Shown piece by piece: positions 55,477 through 64,000 of a DNA stretch of 64,000 bases (positions are counted from its first letter, which is position 1; each line of letters opens with the position of its first letter). Position numbers and translations under genes: made by a program. Under the pieces are notes generated by a model, which saw only the letters and a list, made by a program, of their open reading frames with translations, was not told where the DNA came from and did not search any database. This DNA comes from a virus. The stretch lies in the IMG/VR virus record IMGVR_UViG_3300035145_001165, positions 16,458 through 80,457 of that record; one strand, 5' to 3'.

Positions 55477-55834
55477 GACGCTCGCTCAATACGTTGTGGA
55501 GAAAGAGCTGACGTGTTTCCTCGTAGTTTGTTTTTCCTTTAGAGGAATGTACAGAGAGGATTTCGCGCTTGAAAAAGGAGTTGTTCTTAACTCCACGACG
55601 CTCCCCAGTAAGTTCGTCAGAGCTGCCGTAGTATTTTTTCCAGTTGCTTTCACTTTTAACTCTCCTACCTCCACCTCTAGGTTTTCGTAACTGGTGAAAG
55701 TATTTGCGTCCGATGTATTTCCTACCGTTGAGGAGATTTGTAATGCAATAGACGAAACCGAAACTATCGTCAATGTGCGAAGATAGAAAAGGGTGTCCGT
55801 TAAAAATCCAGGGGTTTTCATAGTCAGGTTCCAC
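55400..55834 (-). CDS. GIY-YIG nuclease-like protein
   Basis: FGFVYCITN...KYIGRK...W..YYGS...REIL...YYN.NI. Confidence 0.85.
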   Translation of the reverse strand: MEPDYENPWIFNGHPFLSSHIDDSFGFVYCITNLLNGRKYIGRKYFHQLRKPRGGGRRVKSESNWKKYYGSSDELTGERRGVKNNSFFKREILSVHSSKGKTNYEETRQLFLHNVLSERLDDGTPAYYNSNILGRYYRKDYFDQ

Positions 55835-55856
55835 AGAGATCCATAGCGATCTCTTG

Positions 55857-56009
55857 TTATTTATCGTTAGGGTTAGTAGATACCCAGCGGTATTTTAAGG
55901 CAGAAAGATGCCACGCTTGCGCTAAGGACTTAGGACCCTCTTGGAGGAGGATAACCTCCTCCTCGGTGAGAGTATACCGACTGTCAGTCAGCATCTTTCG
56001 TTTCCACAT
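55857..56009 (-). CDS. Small hypothetical protein (50 aa)
   Basis: Not in track; MWKRKML...GPKSLAQAWHL; starts 2 nt after the nrdB stop. Confidence 0.6.
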   Translation of the reverse strand: MWKRKMLTDSRYTLTEEEVILLQEGPKSLAQAWHLSALKYRWVSTNPNDK

Positions 56010-56011
56010 TT

Positions 56012-57172
56012 TCATAATTGGAAACCAGCGAAGGTATCTTTCTTGACATCTTGTTTGATGCCACCTACAAGATACGATTCTACTTCAGTTTCCTGTGGAG
56101 CAACCTGCATACCCTTGGAAGAGATCCAATGTTCTGTCCAGGGCAGAGGATTGTTGTTAGCAGGCACGTCATAGAATGCTTTGATACCAATCGATTTCAT
56201 ACGACGGTTAGCAATCCACTCAACATACTGACTGAGGAGACGATCATTAAGACCAAGAATAGATCCGTCTTTAAACAGATACTTTGCCCACTCTTTTTCT
56301 TCCTCAACACATTGCTTAAAGCAAGAGAGGGTATACTCCTCTTCTTCCTTAGCAATCTCTACCATCTCGGGGTCGTCCCCTTGCTGCCACTTTTTGATAA
56401 TGTTTTGAGTGAGGACAAGATGTTGATTTTCGTCTCGTGCGATGAGAGAGATAATCTTAGCGGATCCTTCCATAAGTTTGAGTTCAGCAAATGCGAAGCT
56501 GCACGCAAACGAGACATAAAATCGAATCCCTTCGAGGATGTTGACATTGACGATAGCACGATAAAGTTTACGCTTAAGGTCGCGGAGTGTCCATTGAGCA
56601 CTAGGAGAATCTTTCCAGTCTGGTTTCCACCAGTTACCAGTTCCATACTCCTGAGCAGCGTTGATGAATTCATCATACGCTTTAGTCACTGACTGTGCTC
56701 GTTCAAGAATTCTAGCGTCAGTTGTGATGTGGTCAAGTACCTCAGCAGGATCGCTGTAGACATTCTTAATAATGTAGGTGTAGGAGCGGGAGTGGATCAT
56801 CTCCATCATCTCCCATACGGTCATAGCAGACTCGAGCTCAGGTAGTGAGCAGTAAGGACCAAAAGCCATCCCAGGACCACGCCCTTGTACAGAATCCAAG
56901 AGGATCTGGTACTTAAGATTCGAGGTGAAGATGTGCTTTTGTACATCGTTAAGGGTCTGGTAGTCAGACCTGTCTTTTTGAAGGGAGACCTCTTCAGGTC
57001 TCCAGAAGTAACTGAGTTGAGTCTGTGTAAGTTTCTCAAATACAGGATATTTTTGCTTGTCGTAGCGTTGGACGCCAAGAGGGCGTCCAAAGAACATAGG
57101 TTGGTTGCTATAATCGACAGCATTCTCGTTAAAAACTGTCATTCCGTCGATCTTAGATGGTGCAACTGTCAC
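56012..57172 (-). CDS. nrdB: Ribonucleotide reductase class I beta subunit
   Basis: FWRPEEV; DSVQGR; E.IHSRSY; LEGIRFYVSF; RDE..H; APQETE. Confidence 0.97.
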   Translation of the reverse strand: MTVAPSKIDGMTVFNENAVDYSNQPMFFGRPLGVQRYDKQKYPVFEKLTQTQLSYFWRPEEVSLQKDRSDYQTLNDVQKHIFTSNLKYQILLDSVQGRGPGMAFGPYCSLPELESAMTVWEMMEMIHSRSYTYIIKNVYSDPAEVLDHITTDARILERAQSVTKAYDEFINAAQEYGTGNWWKPDWKDSPSAQWTLRDLKRKLYRAIVNVNILEGIRFYVSFACSFAFAELKLMEGSAKIISLIARDENQHLVLTQNIIKKWQQGDDPEMVEIAKEEEEYTLSCFKQCVEEEKEWAKYLFKDGSILGLNDRLLSQYVEWIANRRMKSIGIKAFYDVPANNNPLPWTEHWISSKGMQVAPQETEVESYLVGGIKQDVKKDTFAGFQL

Positions 57173-59474
57173 AGGGTTCGTCTCCTTCGGTGGCGTAGAT
57201 TTGTTCTAATAAATCTTTTTCATCAGATACATCATCAGTCTTATTATCAAATGTATTCTGGTAGTAAGATGTCTTCCAACCGTACTTGTATGTCTTCAGG
57301 AGATCCTGTGCCATCACAGAGACAGGAACTTCGCCACCTTCAAACTTAAGGGGGTTGTATGACCAATTACCAGAGATTGCTTGATCAAAGAATTTCTGGA
57401 GAATTGCCACGATTTTGATGTAACCATCGTTGTCGGGCATATCCCAGAGTAAAGTGTAGTCGTTTTTAAGTCTAGAGTATTGTGGGACAATCTGCTTGAG
57501 GACACCCTTCTTAGACTTCTTAACAGAAAGATAGTCGCGGGGTGGTTCAATGCCGTTGGTGGTGCCACAGACGACGCTGGAGGACTCCGAGGGCATTTGA
57601 GCAGTCAAGGTAGAGTTACGCAAACCGTAGTTCCAGATCTCTTCCTTGAGAGCGTCCCAGTCCATAGTCAGTTCAAACTTCTGATCCTTATCATCACGAC
57701 AGAATTCATCGATTTCCCTCTTATAGGTATCGACGGGAGCAAGTCTACGGGCATACTTGAGTTGTTCGTATGCGTCGCAGGGTCCGTACTCCTTCGCAAG
57801 TTGCAGGGAAGATTCCAGTAGGAAGAACTGGAACTTCTCAGCAAGGATATGAACTGCTTTGTGTGCTTGCCAGGATTCGTACTTGAATCCCAGCTTAGCA
57901 AGATAGTGTGCGAGACCGATGAAACCGATTCCAAGAGAACGACGCTGACGGGTAGCATTTTCTGCTGCCTTTACAGGGTATTTTTGGTAATCGATAAGAA
58001 TATCTAGCGATCGCACAGAGAGATCACACAGTCTCCGCAGGTGATCCCAGTCCTTCAGTTTACTGAGGTTCACAGCGGAGAGAATACAGAGGGCAATCTC
58101 TCCACCACCATCGATGTGCTGCAGAGGATCTGTCGGAAGAGTAATCTCTTGGCACAGGTTGCTCATCTTGATAGGAGTATCGAAAGATGAGTGCTCGTTA
58201 CAGTGGTCAATGTTCATAATATAAACACGACCTGTTTCAGCACGTTCCTTCAGGAGAGCGAGGAAGAGTTCTTGTGCTCCGATTGTCTTCCTAGGAATAC
58301 TTTCGTCAGCTTCTGCCGCAGTATAGAGTTTATCGAATTCAGGAGAACCAAACTCTTCGTAGACCTCAGGAACATCGTGAGGAGAGAAGAGGGTGATGTC
58401 TTCATTGTCAATAAAACGCTGATAGAACAGCTTAGAAATCTGAATAGAATAGTCTAGTTTACGGACACGGTTGTCCTCAGTACCTTTGTTATTCTTGAGG
58501 ACTAGAATGTCTTCGATTTCTTGGTGCCAGATGGGGAAGTGGACTGTTGCGCTTCCACCTCGGATGCCATTTTGAGTGCAGCATCTGACAGTTGACTCAA
58601 ACTTTTTGAGAAATGGTACAACGCCTGTGTGCTGAACCTCACCGCCCCTGATCTTGCTGTTGATGCCCCTGATGCGACCCGCGTTGATACCAATTCCCGC
58701 ACGTTGAGCGACATATTTGCCAATAGCCATATCGCTAGTAAAGATACTATCGAGGGTGTCATCAACGTCAACCAAAACACAGCTTGCATACTGTCGAATT
58801 GGAGTCCTAACTCCTCCCATAATTGGCGTGGGGAGGTTGAGTTCGTGCTTGGAGATTGCATCGTAGTAGTCTCTGATGTACTTCATCCGAGTTTCTCTGG
58901 GATAAGCAGAGAAAATCGTCGCAGCGATCAGGAGATACATCTGTTGAGGGGTCTCATACAGTTGTCCTGTCGAACGATCCTGTACCAGATACTTGTCGCA
59001 CACCTGGCGCAGACCAGCATAGGTAAAACGATCGTCGCGATCATAATCAATGTAGTTATCTAGGCGTTCCCACTCAATATCATTGAACGCCATTAACAAG
59101 GTGTCATCATAGATGCCTTTATCAACACCTTTCTTGACGTGATCGTAAATTTTAGGGTGCTTACGATTCCTACCAAATAATTTTTTACGGAGAGAAATAG
59201 TCAGCAGACGTGCAGCAACGTACTGATAATTAGGATTCTCCAGAGTGATGAGATCTGCAGCAGAACGGATCAAAATGTCTTGAATTTGCTCTGTAGAGAT
59301 GCCATCGAAGAACTGAAGGTTGGAATTCATCTCAACCTGCGATGCTGAAACTCCACTGAGTTTTGCACACGCTTCTTCTACCATAGTATGAATCTTCTCA
59401 AGACACAAAGGTTCAGGAAGACCATTTCTTTTAACAACTGTTAGCGATTCGGTCGCCATCATACTCGTTTCCAT
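57153..59474 (-). CDS. nrdA: Ribonucleotide reductase class I alpha subunit
   Basis: ATP cone VVKRNG; SCVL; SNLCQEI; MPSESSS; C-terminal CDSC; true start may be a few codons downstream. Confidence 0.98.
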   Translation of the reverse strand: METSMMATESLTVVKRNGLPEPLCLEKIHTMVEEACAKLSGVSASQVEMNSNLQFFDGISTEQIQDILIRSAADLITLENPNYQYVAARLLTISLRKKLFGRNRKHPKIYDHVKKGVDKGIYDDTLLMAFNDIEWERLDNYIDYDRDDRFTYAGLRQVCDKYLVQDRSTGQLYETPQQMYLLIAATIFSAYPRETRMKYIRDYYDAISKHELNLPTPIMGGVRTPIRQYASCVLVDVDDTLDSIFTSDMAIGKYVAQRAGIGINAGRIRGINSKIRGGEVQHTGVVPFLKKFESTVRCCTQNGIRGGSATVHFPIWHQEIEDILVLKNNKGTEDNRVRKLDYSIQISKLFYQRFIDNEDITLFSPHDVPEVYEEFGSPEFDKLYTAAEADESIPRKTIGAQELFLALLKERAETGRVYIMNIDHCNEHSSFDTPIKMSNLCQEITLPTDPLQHIDGGGEIALCILSAVNLSKLKDWDHLRRLCDLSVRSLDILIDYQKYPVKAAENATRQRRSLGIGFIGLAHYLAKLGFKYESWQAHKAVHILAEKFQFFLLESSLQLAKEYGPCDAYEQLKYARRLAPVDTYKREIDEFCRDDKDQKFELTMDWDALKEEIWNYGLRNSTLTAQMPSESSSVVCGTTNGIEPPRDYLSVKKSKKGVLKQIVPQYSRLKNDYTLLWDMPDNDGYIKIVAILQKFFDQAISGNWSYNPLKFEGGEVPVSVMAQDLLKTYKYGWKTSYYQNTFDNKTDDVSDEKDLLEQIYATEGDEPCDSCTI

Positions 59475-60451
59475 TCAGATAATTTTACTTGAGCTTCTAG
59501 TCCTTGGTAGGTGTTCAATTTTACCACGTTTTCAACGTTATGACCACCTAGTACCATATCGTTGATATCTTTTTCTTTAACAGAGGAGGGCCATATGACT
59601 ACCTTATCTCCGTTGAGGGCGGCTCTTGTAATCTTCTCAACAATCTGTTTGTTTCTTGGTTCGTTGTCGAAGACGAAGACAAACTGATAATCCAGATTGC
59701 GCAAGTCAACATCGCTACCACACATAGCAATAGCGTTGGCAAGGAAATTACTGTCGAGTGGTCCTTCGGTAACGTAGACGGGGGAGGTTTTTTCAACTTC
59801 ATTAAGTCCATAAATTTTGGGTACATCATCAGATAGCATTACAGTGACGTAACGCAGTTTGTCTTTTGGTTGCAGTGACCTACCTTGGTAACCAAAGAGG
59901 TTTCCTTCCTCATCTAACAAAGGAATAACAATCCGAGACTCCTCACTGTCTATAGAATCGTAAGTATGCTTCAAGGAATTTGTCCACGCCTTGAACTTCT
60001 CTGCGAAATAGAACTTTGACAGTTTTTCTTCAGGAATTCCTCTGGATGTTAAGTACTCGCGAGCGGGGTGTTGTTTATTTAGCTCAGATAGACGTGGCAA
60101 ATCTATCTTTTTTTTGTTTTTGAAGACAGGTTTTTTGAAAACAGTAGTATCGATGACCTTACGCTTACGGGTGCCCGAACTCTCCTTGAATTTTTCAAGG
60201 TTGTATGCTTCCCACAAACTTTTATCCTGGTCCTTCAGGAAGTTGTGGAACGCCTTAGAAGTGCCACAGTTATGACATTTGTACGCAAGTCCAGTCTTGG
60301 TACTAAAAAGGTACCCACGTGCTTTAGACTTGCGTTTAGCAGAGTCGCCGCAGTATGGGCACCTGAAGTTGTATAGACCGTCTTTCTTCTTAGCGAAATT
60401 CTGGAGCCGCGGGGACAACTGCGACACGTACTGAAGGTCTAAGTAGTTCAT
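59459..60451 (-). CDS. gp61: DNA primase
   Basis: NFRCPYCGDS...CHNC; TEGPLDS; FDNEPRN; KDINDM. Confidence 0.97.
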   Translation of the reverse strand: MNYLDLQYVSQLSPRLQNFAKKKDGLYNFRCPYCGDSAKRKSKARGYLFSTKTGLAYKCHNCGTSKAFHNFLKDQDKSLWEAYNLEKFKESSGTRKRKVIDTTVFKKPVFKNKKKIDLPRLSELNKQHPAREYLTSRGIPEEKLSKFYFAEKFKAWTNSLKHTYDSIDSEESRIVIPLLDEEGNLFGYQGRSLQPKDKLRYVTVMLSDDVPKIYGLNEVEKTSPVYVTEGPLDSNFLANAIAMCGSDVDLRNLDYQFVFVFDNEPRNKQIVEKITRAALNGDKVVIWPSSVKEKDINDMVLGGHNVENVVKLNTYQGLEAQVKLSEWKRV

Positions 60452-60836
60452 CCGTGACTGGAACCGATCGTTCTATTCTAGCACCACCTTCTGCTGATAG
60501 CAAGGGGACCAAAAACTTCTGTGCGGCAGGGTGACCCACAAAAACGAAGGCAGCAATAGCGCCAGCAGCAATATAAATTTTCTTCTCAACCGCTTCAATC
60601 TGATTCTTAACCAATAAAATATCACGCTCACATCCAGTCTTGATCTCATCAGTTTTCTGATGAAGATCTTTGTGGAGGTGATCTATCTTAGAGAACAATA
60701 CATCATCTGTCTTCTCTTGCTGCTCAAGTTTCTCTTGGTGCACAGCGAGAAGTTGTCCCATCTTAATGGAATTTTCTTGAAGCGATGTTACTACCGCTTC
60801 CAACCGCTCTAGAATAGCGATTCCTGTAGCGTCCAT
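60390..60836 (-). CDS. Coiled-coil protein with a C-terminal TM segment
   Basis: LLAVHQEKL; IYIAAGAIAAFVFV. Confidence 0.7.
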   Translation of the reverse strand: MDATGIAILERLEAVVTSLQENSIKMGQLLAVHQEKLEQQEKTDDVLFSKIDHLHKDLHQKTDEIKTGCERDILLVKNQIEAVEKKIYIAAGAIAAFVFVGHPAAQKFLVPLLSAEGGARIERSVPVTDELLRPSVRVAVVPAAPEFR

Positions 60837-60844
60837 CGTTCACC

Positions 60845-61510
60845 TCAGTTTTGGCGAACAGCGAAATCGATAGCAGCAAGATAAGATTCAGGGGACTGGT
60901 TCAGCATCTGCTGAAACTTGATTTGATTCGCAGGATCCAATGCCTGATGGACAGCAACCGCACGCTTGGCAGAATACTCATCCATTTTCATAGACTTCTC
61001 ACCGACTTGAACGTCAGCAAAACCCTGGGTGTCACCGATCTCGCCAGCAGCGAGTTGGGTAGCGATAGTAAGAACGTCGTTTTCCATAATAAATTCTTCT
61101 TTCTTAAGTTTCTTTTGTTGATCAGATGCCTTCTTTTTGAAATCAGAAAGGCGAGCTTTCATAAGAGTGTCCATCTCTTTGGTTTTGGACTGCATCTTAC
61201 CTTTAGCATCGTCACGCTTCTTTTGAAGTTCTTTTTGACGACCGAGTTTTTTCTGTTGAGCGATTTGCTTTTGAGCACGCTCAGTCTCGGTAGGGGCTTC
61301 GGTAAGTTTAGTAAGTTCCTCAGACATTTTTCTCTTACGATTCAGTAGAACACGAGATACAAGTTTACGACCTGCTTTAGTACGACCGTCATACTTGCGG
61401 TCCTTATTCTTATATTTAGTGCGTGAACGTTTTCCGACTATGACGTGAGCAGGAGGCAGTGCAACTCTACTGCCATCGCCAGCGGAATTTACAGGTGCAT
61501 CCTCATTCAT
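60845..61510 (-). CDS. Conserved hypothetical protein, possible head-internal protein
   Basis: EDAP.N..G; DGRTK; Lys-rich coil. Confidence 0.7.
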   Translation of the reverse strand: MNEDAPVNSAGDGSRVALPPAHVIVGKRSRTKYKNKDRKYDGRTKAGRKLVSRVLLNRKRKMSEELTKLTEAPTETERAQKQIAQQKKLGRQKELQKKRDDAKGKMQSKTKEMDTLMKARLSDFKKKASDQQKKLKKEEFIMENDVLTIATQLAAGEIGDTQGFADVQVGEKSMKMDEYSAKRAVAVHQALDPANQIKFQQMLNQSPESYLAAIDFAVRQN

Positions 61511-61866
61511 AATAGGTCTAGTTCTTCTAAAGTATATGTATCGAAGTAGGGATCGTTCAATTCGTCTGGGAGTTGATTGATATACTTCAGGAATGATTTA
61601 AGTATTGCCCAATACTTTTCCTCAAGTTTGTGGAATAGCATCGGTGTTGTGGCATCACCAAAGATATTATACAACACGATAATATGATTAAGAATCAGAT
61701 GAGTTTTAAGTTCACCAGTCTTCTCATATCGTTTGAACAATCTCTTGATATATTTAAAGCGTTTTAAATCCTCAAGGAAGTCATCATATGTGATTCCTTG
61801 AGGATTCTCGTAATGCTTTGAAGCGAATAAGAGGAAGTTTTCATCATTTAGGTATTCAAATCTCAT
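61507..61866 (-). CDS. Conserved T4-like phage hypothetical protein
   Basis: NFLLFA.KHY.NP...EDLKRFKYIKRL...LILNH. Confidence 0.8.
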   Translation of the reverse strand: MRFEYLNDENFLLFASKHYENPQGITYDDFLEDLKRFKYIKRLFKRYEKTGELKTHLILNHIIVLYNIFGDATTPMLFHKLEEKYWAILKSFLKYINQLPDELNDPYFDTYTLEELDLL

Positions 61867-61877
61867 CCTCTAATTCA

Positions 61878-62456
61878 TTATGCAGTGGTGATGACAGCGG
61901 TATCGGAGATGACTTCAGATGCTCCGTTGGTGGAGTTAATCTTCACGCGGTAAGTACCTGCATTTGTGGTAGCGTAGCTAGCAACCTGATACTGGTACGC
62001 GGTAGCGCCAGAGATGTTCTTGAAACGGTTGCCATCTTTCTTCTGCCACTGGAAAGTGAGGAGAGAAGAGTTGCCAGGAGGTGTAGAAGTAGCAGTGACA
62101 GTCAAGGTCATTGCGTCACCAACAGCAACGGCAGCGTCAGCAGGTTGAACAGCAATAGCAATGGTTGCTGCAACGTCTGCTGCGATAGCGTCGTCTGCCT
62201 GGGTCTCAGATGCGTTAGCTTCAGGACCTTGGATGTTCACCAGGCACTCTGCCTTATGGCGGGTGTTACCTGCGTGGTCAGTGTAAGTCTGATAGGACCA
62301 CCAACCAGGAGAAACGAGACCACGCTCACGGTTAGCAGCGAGACCTGCCTCAGTGGCGTCAATGAATACAACAGTAGCACCGCTAGCATCAGCGGCAATT
62401 GTCTTTTCAACAGATGCCTTTGCGGCATTGCTGTCTTCAGAAGCGTAAAGGGACAT
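61878..62456 (-). CDS. Virion protein with C-terminal Ig-like domain
   Basis: PGWW.Y.TY...RHKAE.L; IAVQP...FQWQK...ISGAT...GTYRV. Confidence 0.75.
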   Translation of the reverse strand: MSLYASEDSNAAKASVEKTIAADASGATVVFIDATEAGLAANRERGLVSPGWWSYQTYTDHAGNTRHKAECLVNIQGPEANASETQADDAIAADVAATIAIAVQPADAAVAVGDAMTLTVTATSTPPGNSSLLTFQWQKKDGNRFKNISGATAYQYQVASYATTNAGTYRVKINSTNGASEVISDTAVITTA

Positions 62457-62477
62457 CTTACTAAGTCTGTTTTTAAG

Positions 62478-62485
62478 TATTTATA
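62478..62485 (-). promoter_or_regulatory. T4-type late promoter
   Basis: TATAAATA. Confidence 0.8.
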
Positions 62486-62487
62486 AA

Positions 62488-63075
62488 TCAGAGAGTCGGC
62501 AGACCCTTGATACTATCACGGGAGATAGTGTCATTGTTAAGACCGCGCTCATCTGCACGACCAGCAAGAACGTTTTGAACACCAGGCTTGGAAGCTCTAA
62601 CAGCAGAAGCGTGAGCGGAAGCTTGACGCTTGTTATGCTCATCAACTTCAGATGCAGTCATCTCCACCCACTGACCAGAATTGAGGATTACACGTCCCTT
62701 AGCAGGGCGGTAAGTGTCAGCAGCATTCTCGGTACGGAACTCCAGGAACAGAGGCGTCTCCTCAGAGAAACCAGATCCAGTGTGACCCTCAGGGAGGAGG
62801 ACACGGAGAACAGATTCGTTTTTCATAATCACGCGGAACACAGCTCCAGCGTGATCAACGTCATCACCGTTAGCATCTACAATCTGGGCACGAGGTGTCA
62901 CGCCTTTCTTGTACTTACCTGCCTCATCCATACCGATGCGGTCGATCGTACCAAGCAGATCATAGTTACCAAGGAAATAACGGATGCTACCATTAGTTTG
63001 GGGGACAGGAGTAATGGTACTCTGCTCCTCACGCTCGTTAAATTGGGGTTTCCAATTGTTAGGATCGACAGCCAT
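62488..63075 (-). CDS. Hypothetical protein (late)
   Basis: Downstream of TATAAATA at 63104-63111. Confidence 0.7.
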   Translation of the reverse strand: MAVDPNNWKPQFNEREEQSTITPVPQTNGSIRYFLGNYDLLGTIDRIGMDEAGKYKKGVTPRAQIVDANGDDVDHAGAVFRVIMKNESVLRVLLPEGHTGSGFSEETPLFLEFRTENAADTYRPAKGRVILNSGQWVEMTASEVDEHNKRQASAHASAVRASKPGVQNVLAGRADERGLNNDTISRDSIKGLPTL

Positions 63076-63103
63076 TATGCTAGGTCTAACTACAGTCTAG
63101 GAT

Positions 63104-63143
63104 TATTTATAAAAAAAGAAAGGGCGGTAGTTCCGCCCCTTCT
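63104..63143 (-). terminator. Terminator fused to a late promoter
   Basis: AGAAGGGGCGG-AACTA-CCGCCCTTCT-TTTTT-TATAAATA. Confidence 0.75.
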
Positions 63144-63146
63144 GTA

Positions 63147-63353
63147 TCACGCTTCTTCTTCGCGGGCAACCATTGCCTTCTTAACCACCTCTAGGAGCTG
63201 GTCATCCATATCGGTTTTGGTTAACTTAACCGCTTTACCCAAGATAACAAGACAGATCTCAACCAACTTCTCACCGAGTTCTTCATTCTCAGGAATGTTG
63301 GCGACGGCATCTCTAATTACCTTAGACGCGAGAGGGAGTAAAAATGCGAGCAT
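63147..63353 (-). CDS. Small hypothetical protein
   Basis: MLAFLLPLA...T.T..DD.LL. Confidence 0.7.
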   Translation of the reverse strand: MLAFLLPLASKVIRDAVANIPENEELGEKLVEICLVILGKAVKLTKTDMDDQLLEVVKKAMVAREEEA

Positions 63354-63386
63354 AGCAATAAAATATCTAACTAGAGATATTTAGAC

Positions 63387-63863
63387 TCACTTTTTCTTTT
63401 TTCCAATTGCCTTAGCAATTGCACGGCGACGATTCATCAGATACTTATCAGACTTATCCTTGTCACCATCGTTATCAACATCACCATCTTCTTTGCCGAC
63501 GGGATCAAGTTTTTTCTCAGCGATTTCTTCGCCTTCAGGTTCAAAACCTGCCTTCACACAGTTGTTAACTTCCTTGCCACCTTTAACTTTGGTGCCTTTT
63601 TTCTTGTAACCTTTCCAGCACTTAGTGTTACCGTTGTCATCGACGCCATCCATCTTGACCTCTTGGAGATCATACTCAACGCCATCGATTTCGAGAACGT
63701 ACTCAGAATCAGAAGCAGATTCTTTCTTAACACGCTTCTTCTTCAGTTTTACTTCCTTGGGATCATCGGAATCACCGTTGATCTCGGGCATAATCTCTAC
63801 TTCAGAGGTAGCTTCGGGAGCATACTCAAGCACAGATTCAAGGATTTGCTTGAATGATTTCAT
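63387..63863 (-). CDS. Hypothetical late protein with CWKGY and DxDNDGD motifs
   Basis: TATAAATA at 63882-63889; CWKGYKK...VNNCV; EDGDVDNDGD...RRRAI. Confidence 0.75.
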   Translation of the reverse strand: MKSFKQILESVLEYAPEATSEVEIMPEINGDSDDPKEVKLKKKRVKKESASDSEYVLEIDGVEYDLQEVKMDGVDDNGNTKCWKGYKKKGTKVKGGKEVNNCVKAGFEPEGEEIAEKKLDPVGKEDGDVDNDGDKDKSDKYLMNRRRAIAKAIGKKKK

Positions 63864-63884
63864 CTTACTATGGTTTTTAAGTAT

Positions 63885-64000
63885 TTATAGAATGGAATGT
63901 TCTTGGAGGTCTTTGACCCACGACCTAAAGATCTTATTATCCTCACCCAATGCAATAATATAATTAGGACCACGACGGATAACTTTACCAGTTTTACCGT
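63885..64000 (-). CDS. 3' end of a gene, probably the cyanophage cytidylyltransferase-family protein
   Basis: ...GKVIRRGPNYIIALGEDNKIFRSWVKDL...stop. Confidence 0.55.
   Translation of the reverse strand, partial: GKTGKVIRRGPNYIIALGEDNKIFRSWVKDLQEHSIL

Noticed and set aside
55400-55834. GIY-YIG gene as an intron-encoded mobile element
   Set aside because: Free-standing; nrdA, nrdB, psbA and thyX are uninterrupted.

Overview
A 64-kb segment of a T4-like marine cyanomyovirus (Synechococcus-type phage), almost all on the minus strand. 1-31.1 kb is the tail-fibre/baseplate module: three tail-collar fibres, a 2161-aa virion protein, split gp5, gp27-like hub, M23-bearing tape-measure-like protein, gp51, gp26, gp54-like, and a plus-strand gp4-gp2-gp48-gp53 block, with cp12 and 2OG-Fe(II) oxygenases interleaved. 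31.1-64 kb holds replication, nucleotide and auxiliary metabolic genes: gp32, gp33, exonuclease, phoH, thyX, glutaredoxin, psbD, psbA, carbamoyltransferase, two hli, pstS, cpeT, talC, nrdB, nrdA and primase gp61. There are four tRNAs (Asn, Leu-TAA, Thr-TGT, Arg-TCT), nine 2OG-Fe(II) oxygenase-like genes and several structured RNAs (manA-like, PhotoRC-II-like, tandem glnA glutamine-riboswitch-like). The most striking observation is at 39.9-40.3 kb. Each of two tandem glutamine-riboswitch-like aptamers has a small ORF occupying its P2 arm, with the P2 helix formed by pairing the ORF's start region with its own 3' end, upstream of two YRG-motif (DUF4278-like) genes. All family calls come from motif recognition by eye; no database search was run.
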